From Patescibacteria group bacterium (GTDB lineage Bacteria; Patescibacteriota; Minisyncoccia; Phycocordibacterales; EsbW-18): a DNA stretch of 64,000 bases. Made by a program: the position numbers and the translations under genes. The notes beneath the pieces were generated by a model that saw only the letters and a program-made list of their open reading frames with translations, was not told where the DNA came from and ran no database searches. Of the stretch, positions 36,675 through 44,744 are shown piece by piece (the stretch's first letter is position 1; every line of letters begins with the position of its first letter). The stretch covers positions 6,511 through 70,510 of the forward strand of contig JBBTUJ010000002.1 of assembly GCA_038063815.1 (NCBI GenBank). The letters are read 5' to 3'.

Positions 36675-39299
36675 ATGCAAAACGATATGCTTACCAAAGA
36701 AATACAAAATCGACCGTTCTGGTCTTTGTCTCTCGAGGACACTGCATTGATGCTCCGCACGGACCCGAAACGGGGACTTTCCGAAAAAGAGGCAACTGCG
36801 CGTCTTTTGATCTTCGATGAGAATGTTATCGAACGTGCAAAGGTAACGCCATGGGTCCGCATACTTCTCAACCAATTCAAGAGTCCGCTCATCATACTTC
36901 TTGTCGTTGCGGGTGGTGTCACACTTTTTATACATCACGTTCGTGACGCGGGGTTCATCTTTGCCGCGGTTATCGTTAACGCGGCACTTGGTTTCTATCA
37001 GGAGCATAAGGCCGAACGAGCGCTCGCTGAATTGAGAACGTATCTCCGACAGCGTGCCCGTGTCGTCCGAGATGGAGTCGAGCGTGAGATTGATGCGGCG
37101 CATCTTGTTCCCGGTGACGTGATACGCCTGTCACAAGGCGATCGTGTTCCTGCGGACGGACGTCTGGTCTATGTGAACGATGTGCAGATTGACGAATCCA
37201 TTCTGACGGGTGAGTCACTCCCTGTTTCAAAGACGCACGATCCCGTTGTTCCGGACGCTGTTCTTGGTGATCAGAGGTCTATTACGCTCGCGGGAACACT
37301 GGTCACTCAGGGTGTCGCCACCGCGCTCGTCTGCCGCACGGGGTTTGCGACTGAATTGGGAAAGATTGCGGAGTTGGTTAGTGCCGCGCAGCGCGAAGAA
37401 ACACCGCTTCAGGGCGCTATCAGACGTTTTAGCATGCATGCCGGCATCGTACTTGGCGTGCTCACAATCATTATTTTTGGTGTCGGTGTGTCGTTCGGCT
37501 ATTCACACGCCGAGATGTTCCTCATGGCTGTCGCAATCGCTGTGTCGGCTGTGCCGGAAGGACTGCCTGTGGCGATGACGGTCATCTTGGCAATCGGAGT
37601 TGAACGCATGGCAAAGCGTAAGGGCGTTGTGAGAAGGCTCGTAGCTGCCGAAGCGCTTGGAGATACGACGCTCATTCTCACGGACAAGACGGGGACTCTG
37701 ACGATGGGACAGATGGAACTTCGCTCGCTCATGCCTGCCTCCGGGACGAGCGAGGAGGAACTTCTTTCACTCGCGCTCATGAATACGAATGTGAACGTCG
37801 AGAATCCGAATGATCCGCCGCAGGAATGGCGCATGACGGGACGCACGCTTGAACTGTCACTTGTCCGCTCAGCGGGGGTGCGTGGTGTGCGAGTTGGAGA
37901 TGTCAAAGAGGGTGTGTCTATTGTCCGGTCCTTGCCGTTTAACGCGGTCAATAAGTTTTCTGCGTCTCTTGTGGATGAGAATGGAGAACACACGCTCATA
38001 TTCCTGGGCGCGCCCGACGTGCTCATCAAGCGCTCGACACTCTCCACCGAGAAGCGTGATGCAATGCTCGCGTCGGTTGACGCGCTCGCGCGCTCGGGCG
38101 AACTTGTCCTCGGTGTTGCGGAAAAAAAGATTGGGAAGAAAAAAGATTTTGATTTTACAAAGGACCTCATGTTCGATGATGTGGTGATGCGTGGTGTTCT
38201 CACGCTCCGCGACACTGTTCGTCCAAGTGTAAAGGATGCAATCGCAAAGGTCAGATCGGCGGGGATACGGGTTGTCATCATGTCGGGAGATCATCGTGGG
38301 ACGGTCGAGGCCGTAGCGCGTGAGGTTGGTATTGAAGTCGGCACGGAAAGCGTCCTCGATGCCTCTGAATTGCAGGCGCTTCCTGACAAAGGGCTCCGTG
38401 CGCGATTGTCAGCACTCTCCGTTATTTCACGGGTGTCTCCTCTCGATAAATTGCGAGTTCTCACGGCGTTCCAGGAAGCGGGAGAGATTGTTGCGATGAC
38501 AGGGGACGGGGTCAATGACGCACCGAGCGTGAGACAAGCCGATGTCGGCATTGCCATGGGATCGGGAACAGAAGTGACACGCGATGTTGCTGACCTTGTT
38601 TTGCTCGATGACAACTTCGAGACAATTGCTGCCGCCGTTGAAGAGGGTAGGCAGATTTTGGGGAATATTCGCAAGGTCCTTGTGTATCTCCTCTCGGGTG
38701 TTCTTGATGGACTTATCCTTATCGGCGGGGCGCTCTTGACTGGGACTGCGCTTCCTTTGAATGCGCTCCAGATTCTCTGGGTCAACTTCTTCTCGGACAG
38801 TTTTCCCGCGATTGCGTTCGCGTTCGAGAAAGACGGCAGCGTGTCGCTGGTGAGGCACGCACGCGGCCGCATTGAGCTCTTCAGCCCGGTCATGAGATAT
38901 CTCATCCTTTTTATCGGTATCTCGACAAGCGTGCTTCTCTTTGCGCTCTATTGGTTTCTTCTCCGCGCGGGATTTTCAGAGGGTTTGGTTCGGACATTCA
39001 CCTTTGCGAGTTTTGGGACGTATTCGCTCTTTCTCGCATTTGCTGTGAGGAGTTTGGAGAAAAGCATTTTTGAATATCCTCTTTTTTCGAATAGATATCT
39101 CGTTTCCGGCGTGGGTATTGGTATTGTTCTCATGCTTGCGGCGGTATATGTTCCGTTCCTCCAAACGCTCTTTGACACGGTACCATTGCCTCTCCCGTGG
39201 CTTCTCGGCGTTGTCGGTGTTGGTATTTTAAATATCGTTCTCATCGAGAGTGGGAAGTGGCTTTTCCGGCGCAGAGATCGTTTGGCGCCGAGCCTTTAG
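36675..39299 (+). CDS. Cation-transporting P-type ATPase (type II-like)
   Basis: DESILTGES, AVPEGLP, DKTGTLT, SGD, MTGDGVNDAP. Confidence 0.95.
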   Translation: MQNDMLTKEIQNRPFWSLSLEDTALMLRTDPKRGLSEKEATARLLIFDENVIERAKVTPWVRILLNQFKSPLIILLVVAGGVTLFIHHVRDAGFIFAAVIVNAALGFYQEHKAERALAELRTYLRQRARVVRDGVEREIDAAHLVPGDVIRLSQGDRVPADGRLVYVNDVQIDESILTGESLPVSKTHDPVVPDAVLGDQRSITLAGTLVTQGVATALVCRTGFATELGKIAELVSAAQREETPLQGAIRRFSMHAGIVLGVLTIIIFGVGVSFGYSHAEMFLMAVAIAVSAVPEGLPVAMTVILAIGVERMAKRKGVVRRLVAAEALGDTTLILTDKTGTLTMGQMELRSLMPASGTSEEELLSLALMNTNVNVENPNDPPQEWRMTGRTLELSLVRSAGVRGVRVGDVKEGVSIVRSLPFNAVNKFSASLVDENGEHTLIFLGAPDVLIKRSTLSTEKRDAMLASVDALARSGELVLGVAEKKIGKKKDFDFTKDLMFDDVVMRGVLTLRDTVRPSVKDAIAKVRSAGIRVVIMSGDHRGTVEAVAREVGIEVGTESVLDASELQALPDKGLRARLSALSVISRVSPLDKLRVLTAFQEAGEIVAMTGDGVNDAPSVRQADVGIAMGSGTEVTRDVADLVLLDDNFETIAAAVEEGRQILGNIRKVLVYLLSGVLDGLILIGGALLTGTALPLNALQILWVNFFSDSFPAIAFAFEKDGSVSLVRHARGRIELFSPVMRYLILFIGISTSVLLFALYWFLLRAGFSEGLVRTFTFASFGTYSLFLAFAVRSLEKSIFEYPLFSNRYLVSGVGIGIVLMLAAVYVPFLQTLFDTVPLPLPWLLGVVGVGILNIVLIESGKWLFRRRDRLAPSL

Positions 39300-39324
39300 T
39301 GGGGTGATATTATAGAAAGCACGA

Positions 39325-39345
39325 ATGAAATCTCACACATACTAT
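39325..39345 (+). repeat. Duplicate of the first 7 codons of the 40091 gene
   Basis: ATGAAATCTCACACATACTAT versus ATGAAATCTCACACATATTAC (40091-40111); both encode MKSHTYY. Confidence 0.9.
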
Positions 39346-40060
39346 GCTACAGGGTAAAACTGTATTGATTTCAGGCTCTTCACGGGGAATTGGAGCTGCT
39401 ACTGCACGTTTAGCAAAAGAATACGGGGCAGAGGTTATTCTTCATGGGAAAACCGAAAGCCCTGAACTTGTATCTCTTGGTAAAGAACTCGGTGCTTCGT
39501 ACATACTGTGCGATGTTGCAAATGAGAGCGAAGTGTCTGAGGCGTTCAGGAAAATCTCTCACCTGGACGTATTGGTGAATTGTGCGGGAATCACCAATCC
39601 AAAGTCCTTTGCGGAAAGTACCGAAGAAGATTGGCTTAACGTATTTCGGATAAATGTTCTTGGAACAGTTAATTTTTGCAAAGCAGCATTACCACTGTTT
39701 CAAAAACAAGGTACTGGACGTATTGTAAACATCGCCTCTATTCGCGGGTATGGAATTATTTCTGGCCGTGCCGCCTATTCAACCTCGAAAGCCGCTATTA
39801 TCAATCTTACGTGTACACTTGCAAAAGAGTATGCGCCCGCTATTGCTGTAAATGCGATAGCCCCAGGTTTTACCAATACCGATATGGCCAAGACATGGGA
39901 TGAGGGAGTGTGGAAGCAAGTTCGATCAGCATTGCTTGAGCGTATCGGGGAACCCAAAGAGATCGCGGAAGCCATTTGTTTTTTGGGTAGTGAGAAAGCC
40001 AGCTTTATCACCGGCCAAACCCTTTTGGTAGATGGGGGCTACAGTATTGCAGGTAAATAG
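39344..40060 (+). CDS. SDR family oxidoreductase
   Basis: SGSSRGIG, VNCAGI, NIAS, YSTSK (YxxxK), ITGQTLLVDGG. Confidence 0.93.
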   Translation: MLQGKTVLISGSSRGIGAATARLAKEYGAEVILHGKTESPELVSLGKELGASYILCDVANESEVSEAFRKISHLDVLVNCAGITNPKSFAESTEEDWLNVFRINVLGTVNFCKAALPLFQKQGTGRIVNIASIRGYGIISGRAAYSTSKAAIINLTCTLAKEYAPAIAVNAIAPGFTNTDMAKTWDEGVWKQVRSALLERIGEPKEIAEAICFLGSEKASFITGQTLLVDGGYSIAGK

Positions 40061-40086
40061 GTTCCAATATCGCCCCACGCAACTAA
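40061..40086 (+). repeat. Intergenic junction motif, copy C
   Basis: GTTCCAATATCGCCCCACGCAACTAA directly after the SDR stop. Confidence 0.65.
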
Positions 40087-40090
40087 CAAT

Positions 40091-40645
40091 ATGAAATCTC
40101 ACACATATTACGTTCATCGTCTGATACGAGACCTCTGGGTCGTCCTCCTCTCAATCGTGCTCGCGGTCATTCTGGTGCGAACGGGAGCGCTTCAGACGCT
40201 TATCAATGCTGCGGAAGGGGCGCATATCCTTGGGAGTTTTCTTGCAGGTATCTTTTTTACGAGCGGGTTCACGATAGCACCGGCATCGGTCGCTCTTCTT
40301 GAGATTGCAAAGACAACGCCGCCACTCCTGGTTGCCTTGTGGGGTGCTATCGGTGCAACAGTGGGGGATCTCATCATATTCTTCTTTATACGTGATGCAT
40401 TTGTTGATGACCTCGTGGGGGCATTCAAGACATCACATACAGTCGCGGGTATCCTTTCCCACCTCCACTTCGCACTTTTGCGCTGGGTACTTCCCATCAT
40501 TGGAGCGATTATCATCGCGTCACCTCTTCCCGACGAACTCGGTCTCGCGTGTCTTGGGGTATCAAAGATACGGATTCGCTACCTCATCCCTCTTGCGTTT
40601 GTTTTTAATTTTATCGGTATCATTGTGATCACGCTTTTTGTGTAG
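40091..40645 (+). CDS. DedA/VTT-like membrane protein
   Basis: Multiple TM, GAIGATVGDLIIF, IASPLPDELG. Confidence 0.7.
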   Translation: MKSHTYYVHRLIRDLWVVLLSIVLAVILVRTGALQTLINAAEGAHILGSFLAGIFFTSGFTIAPASVALLEIAKTTPPLLVALWGAIGATVGDLIIFFFIRDAFVDDLVGAFKTSHTVAGILSHLHFALLRWVLPIIGAIIIASPLPDELGLACLGVSKIRIRYLIPLAFVFNFIGIIVITLFV

Positions 40646-40652
40646 CGCATGA

Positions 40653-40772
40653 ATCCCGTTAAAAGCCGCGGTCGCGATACGTTAATTAAGAAACCACGTG
40701 ACATTCAGAACATTAACAAAAAGTAACTTGCAGATGAGCAGAAGAGAGACCGCGACCTGCTTCTAACGGGAT
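40653..40772. mobile_element. MITE-like non-autonomous element with terminal inverted repeats
   Basis: ATCCCGTTAAAAGC / GCTTCTAACGGGAT (13/14 complementary), inner CGCGGTC/GACCGCG, flanking ATGAA duplication. Confidence 0.65.
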
Positions 40773-41088
40773 GAAAACATTCAGTGAACGCGTTGTAGAG
40801 ATTGCACTTTCGATACCGCCCGGTAAGGTAACGACATACGGCCGAATCGCGATCGCGGCTGGTGGAGGAGGAATGGCCGCACAAAGCATCACCACGATTC
40901 TTTCCAAAGCATACGATGCGGGGGCACACGCAATCCCTTTTCATAGGATTGTCTACGCGGATGGCCACATCTGGATTGATACAAAACACCGCAAAGAGCG
41001 GATGAAGATGTATACAAAAGAGGGAATTGAGATAGACAAAAACGATAGAATCACAAATTTCAGAGACGTTTTATTGGAGTTTGCGTAG
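40771..41088 (+). CDS. MGMT-family alkyltransferase-like protein (no active-site Cys)
   Basis: IPPGKVTTYGRIA, IPFHRIV in place of PCHRV, KEGI. Confidence 0.88.
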   Translation: MKTFSERVVEIALSIPPGKVTTYGRIAIAAGGGGMAAQSITTILSKAYDAGAHAIPFHRIVYADGHIWIDTKHRKERMKMYTKEGIEIDKNDRITNFRDVLLEFA

Positions 41089-41131
41089 AACAAAAAAGAC
41101 AAGACCTTGATTGCTCTGTTATACTCTTTGT

Positions 41132-41386
41132 ATGGATACCCTTTTAAAAGCGGACATCTTCTTTGTCGTCGCGACAGTTGCGCTCGTGGTGATTGCGATT
41201 GTGCTTTGTGTGGCCCTTTTGTATCTTATTCGCATCTTGCGAACCGCAGCGTTCCTTTCAGAAAGGATAAAAGAACAGGCACTTCATATTGAAGAGACAC
41301 TTGCTCGTCAGCCGATTATCCGATTGTTCATGAAGTCGCCCCGAAAGAAATCCACAGGGACAAAGAAAAAGGAGGAAACAAAGTAA
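41132..41386 (+). CDS. Small membrane protein
   Basis: MDTLLKADIFFVVATVALVV TM, basic tail; extended -10 six nt upstream. Confidence 0.7.
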   Translation: MDTLLKADIFFVVATVALVVIAIVLCVALLYLIRILRTAAFLSERIKEQALHIEETLARQPIIRLFMKSPRKKSTGTKKKEETK

Positions 41387-41442
41387 TTCCTTTGTGTAGG
41401 TCAGAAGTTCATTTTTAACCATACGTAACACATAAAAGATAT

Positions 41443-41865
41443 ATGACGAAAAAAGCATCTTCGAGTAATAAGGCAGAGAAGACCCTGGCGATAAGCGCAG
41501 GTGTTGCGGCTTTGGCAGCTGCTTCATACTACCTCTTTGGTCCCCACGGGAAACAACACCGAAAGAAGGCACAGGGGTGGATGATTAAAATGAAAGGAGA
41601 AGTGATTGAGCAGTTAGAGAATCTCAAAGAAGTGAGCGAGCCGGTGTACCGCGACATTGTTGAGTCGGTTGCGGCGCGATATGTAAAAAACGGGAAAATC
41701 TCCCGAGCCGAAGTAAACGTGCTCGCAAAAGATTTGAAGGGAATGTGGCGTGGAATCGCCTCAAAGCAAAAAAGGTCGGCAGGGGTGAAAAAGGTTAAGC
41801 GAGCCATTAAACGGGCGGTGCGCACATCAGGGCGTTCACCTCAACGACGAGCAGCCTCGAAATAA
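41443..41865 (+). CDS. Hypothetical protein (YtxH-like N-terminus)
   Basis: AGVAALAAASYYLFGPHGKQHRKK, basic tail. Confidence 0.7.
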   Translation: MTKKASSSNKAEKTLAISAGVAALAAASYYLFGPHGKQHRKKAQGWMIKMKGEVIEQLENLKEVSEPVYRDIVESVAARYVKNGKISRAEVNVLAKDLKGMWRGIASKQKRSAGVKKVKRAIKRAVRTSGRSPQRRAASK

Positions 41866-41888
41866 TACTTACCAGTAACGTCCTCTTT

Positions 41889-42041
41889 ATGCTTACCACA
41901 ATCGGTGTTATTCTAATTGTACTGTGGCTTTTGGGAGTTGTTGGTGTCTTTACAATAGGCAATTTCATCCACATACTTCTTGTTGTCGCAGTTGTCATGT
42001 TTCTTATTCGCATTATTCAGGGGAAAAACCCATTAAAATAA
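41889..42041 (+). CDS. lmo0937/DUF5670-like small membrane protein (not in ORF track)
   Basis: MLTTIGVILIVLWLLGVVGVFTIGNFIHILLVVAVVMFLIRIIQGKNPLK*. Confidence 0.85.
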   Translation: MLTTIGVILIVLWLLGVVGVFTIGNFIHILLVVAVVMFLIRIIQGKNPLK

Positions 42042-42056
42042 AATTAGACATTCTCT

Positions 42057-42242
42057 ATGCAAGAACAAACAAGCAACACAAACACGATTCTTATCGTCAT
42101 TGTGCTCATTCTCATCGTTGGATTTGGCGTTTGGTGGTACCAGAAGTCAAACAACACTGACACTGTGCCGGAGGACAATGGAGGCGGTATCAACATCGAT
42201 ATCGACGGAGGGGACGACGCAGCTCCTGCGCCAACAAACTAA
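42057..42242 (+). CDS. Small single-pass membrane protein
   Basis: NTNTILIVIVLILIVGFGVWW TM, acidic tail. Confidence 0.7.
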   Translation: MQEQTSNTNTILIVIVLILIVGFGVWWYQKSNNTDTVPEDNGGGINIDIDGGDDAAPAPTN

Positions 42243-42261
42243 TCAGGTACACGGAAGATAC

Positions 42262-42299
42262 AAACAAACACCTCGCTACGTCGAGGTGTTTGTTTTGTT
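42262..42299 (+). terminator. Intrinsic terminator
   Basis: AAACAAACACCTCG-CTACGT-CGAGGTGTTTGTTT. Confidence 0.8.
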
Positions 42300-42309
42300 A
42301 TAGTGGTGT

Positions 42310-42975
42310 ATGGATGAAACCTCTGTTCCCCCTCTGTCACGGCGCACGATGCATTCAGCGCTTCTCGGGATTGCGATTCTCTCTGCACTTGTTGCGGTGA
42401 ATACGCTCTACATCTCGCTTTCGTCTGAACGATATCTGTATACCGACGTAAATACGGTCCCTGAATATGCGGCAGGACTTCTTCTGGGAACATCGCGCCG
42501 ATCAATCGGTGGAGAGTTGAGTCAGTTCTTCGATAATCGTATCAATGCGGCCGTGGCGCTCTACAGGGCAGGGAAGATTAAGGAAATCGTTGTGAGCGGA
42601 GACAACAGCACAAAGTACTACAACGAGCCCGTTGCCATGCAAAAAACGCTTCTTGAGCGCGGCATTCCCGAGGAGGACATACATCTTGATTATGCAGGAT
42701 TCAATACATACGACTCAATTGCGCGAATGTACCACATTTTCGGTCAAACAGAGTTCTTGATTATCTCGCAGAGATTCCATAGTGAACGCGCCGTTTTCAT
42801 TGCTCATTCGCTCGAACTTCCTGCGGCCGCGTTTACTGCAACACCGGTCGAAGGCATGATAGGATTTAGAGCAAACGTCAGAGAAATCGGGGCGCGTATC
42901 AAGATGTGGTTTGACGTCTTTCCGCGTCGTGAGCCGAAGTTTTTGGGCGAAACAATCGATATTGAAGCACAATGA
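42310..42975 (+). CDS. sanA: SanA/YdcF (DUF218) family protein
   Basis: LLLGT, VSGDN..YNEP..M, LDYAGFNTYDS, SQRFHSERA, VRE..ARIK, PKFLG. Confidence 0.9.
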   Translation: MDETSVPPLSRRTMHSALLGIAILSALVAVNTLYISLSSERYLYTDVNTVPEYAAGLLLGTSRRSIGGELSQFFDNRINAAVALYRAGKIKEIVVSGDNSTKYYNEPVAMQKTLLERGIPEEDIHLDYAGFNTYDSIARMYHIFGQTEFLIISQRFHSERAVFIAHSLELPAAAFTATPVEGMIGFRANVREIGARIKMWFDVFPRREPKFLGETIDIEAQ

Positions 42976-43436
42976 ACTACCTACAGCATCTTCTTTATTT
43001 TTGCGTACTCGGCGTCGTTGCGTTCCTTTTTCATTTCGTATGGGAATCGTCCCACGTCACGGCTCTGTATGGTGGATATGAGAACCTCGGCGGGGGAGTG
43101 CCTATCACGCTCTGGGCCGCATTTGGGGATGTCCTCTACACATTTCTTGCTGTGGGGATAGTGTCTCTTTGTGCTCGCGGCATATCGTGGGTGCGGAATA
43201 TCTCTCTCGCTTCATTTCTCGGTCTCGCGCTCATGGGACTCCTCATTTCTCTTTGTGTTGAATACCGAGCACTCGCACTTCACCGTTGGTTCTACCTTCC
43301 CGCGATGCCGATCATTCCGTATTTCAAAGTCGGCCTCTCTCCGGTCTTACAGATGATACTTTTACTTCCTTTAAGCATCCTTATAGCGAATCATGTTTAT
43401 AAGGTGATATGCAGGAAACAGGAAGTAGGTCTATAA
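42972..43436 (+). CDS. Hypothetical membrane protein
   Basis: Four TM, FVWE..H..LY, RWFYLPAMP..GLSPVLQ. Confidence 0.75.
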   Translation: MNYLQHLLYFCVLGVVAFLFHFVWESSHVTALYGGYENLGGGVPITLWAAFGDVLYTFLAVGIVSLCARGISWVRNISLASFLGLALMGLLISLCVEYRALALHRWFYLPAMPIIPYFKVGLSPVLQMILLLPLSILIANHVYKVICRKQEVGL

Positions 43437-43448
43437 TTAGCTGTCAAT

Positions 43449-43628
43449 ATGGATCAAGAGATTAAAACACAAGAAATACAGGTGGACAAAAAATCTCACG
43501 TACTCCTCTGGGTCTTTTTTCTTATTGTGTTAATTTCTGGTGTTTGTATTATCTGGCGATTTCTTGTGGCAAAACAATATACAGTTATTGAGGACCCCGC
43601 GGACATGTCCACTTCTATCGAGGAGTAA
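43449..43628 (+). CDS. 59-aa single-pass membrane protein (not in ORF track)
   Basis: MDQEIKTQEIQVDKKSHVLLWVFFLIVLISGVCIIWRFLVAKQYTVIEDPADMSTSIEE*. Confidence 0.65.
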   Translation: MDQEIKTQEIQVDKKSHVLLWVFFLIVLISGVCIIWRFLVAKQYTVIEDPADMSTSIEE

Positions 43629-43683
43629 TTATTGTGCCAGACTTTTTTCGTGCTGTACTAATAAACAGAAAGGGAGAGTTCTT

Positions 43684-44277
43684 ATGAATATATACGCAAC
43701 ACTAGGGATTGTCGCAGGAGCTCTGACGATTATTGAGTATGTCTACTACGGCTGGACGATCGTGAAGGGAGAAACCAAACCTTCACGTGCGACATGGTTC
43801 ATTTGGGCGGCTCTTACCATTCTCATCGCTTTTTCATATGATGCGGCGGGGGGAGAGGAAACCGTTTGGGTTCCATACGCAGCAGCCATAGGAACTTTTC
43901 TCATTGCAATCCTTAGTGTTCGCTATGGAGTCGGAGGATGGCAACCTATCGACAAAGTAGCAATAGTGATTGCTTTTCTTTGCCTTCCACTTTGGTTTCT
44001 CGCCGGGCCGGCCTGGGTACTTCTTGTCACGCTTGTGGTTGATGTGGCAGGCATCGTCCCCACTCTTTACAAGACCTATCAGCATCCAACACAAGAAAGT
44101 GGTATTGCGTGGGGGATGAACTTGGTGGGGTCGTTTCTTAACATTGCAGCTCTGGGAGCCATTGCAACATGGAGCTTTAGCGAAGCCCTGTATCCTTTCT
44201 ACATGCTCCTCATCAACGGGGCGGTTTTCTTCTTGATTGTCCGGCGAGATGTTTTGCCCACCCGGCTGCGTTTTTGA
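43684..44277 (+). CDS. PQ-loop-like membrane protein
   Basis: GETKPSRATWFIW and PTLYKTYQHPTQES..W repeats; SD GGGAG before ATG 43684. Confidence 0.7.
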   Translation: MNIYATLGIVAGALTIIEYVYYGWTIVKGETKPSRATWFIWAALTILIAFSYDAAGGEETVWVPYAAAIGTFLIAILSVRYGVGGWQPIDKVAIVIAFLCLPLWFLAGPAWVLLVTLVVDVAGIVPTLYKTYQHPTQESGIAWGMNLVGSFLNIAALGAIATWSFSEALYPFYMLLINGAVFFLIVRRDVLPTRLRF

Positions 44278-44687
44278 GAAGTCTTTTTTGGTTCCCGGAG
44301 TGCTGACTTTGTGTAACCCAAACGTTTAAAATAGGTGTTATCAAATTCGTTATAATTACAAAACAGTTCTTCACCGAGCTGAATATCTCGCATCGCGATA
44401 TCACGTTGCGGAGTTGACTTGATGTTTCGATGTTTAAAAGAGTGGTTTATGAATCGCTGGTCATCAGAAGGTAAAATGAGTTTTTTTAGTTTCTTATCGT
44501 AATATGCATACCATAATATTTGTCGTTGGCCGTGAGAGGACATTTTGGCCAAGTCTTTCTCGGTGTATCCAATGTCAAACTTTGGGTCATATTGCCACGT
44601 AACAGTACCCTTCGGAACAAACTGATCAGCAAACAGACCTACACCATGAACACCACTGGGACCAAGTTTTGCCTTTATACGTAACAT
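44199..44687 (-). CDS. SET-domain protein-lysine methyltransferase (no post-SET Cys)
   Basis: SGVHGVGLFA, RFINHS, AMRDIQLGEELFCNY. Confidence 0.9.
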   Translation of the reverse strand: MLRIKAKLGPSGVHGVGLFADQFVPKGTVTWQYDPKFDIGYTEKDLAKMSSHGQRQILWYAYYDKKLKKLILPSDDQRFINHSFKHRNIKSTPQRDIAMRDIQLGEELFCNYNEFDNTYFKRLGYTKSALREPKKTSQKRSRVGKTSRRTIKKKTAPLMRSM

Positions 44688-44744
44688 GCAGAATTTTTAA
44701 CTAGTGCTATAGTTAATACTATAACATTTCTTACGGATATATCT

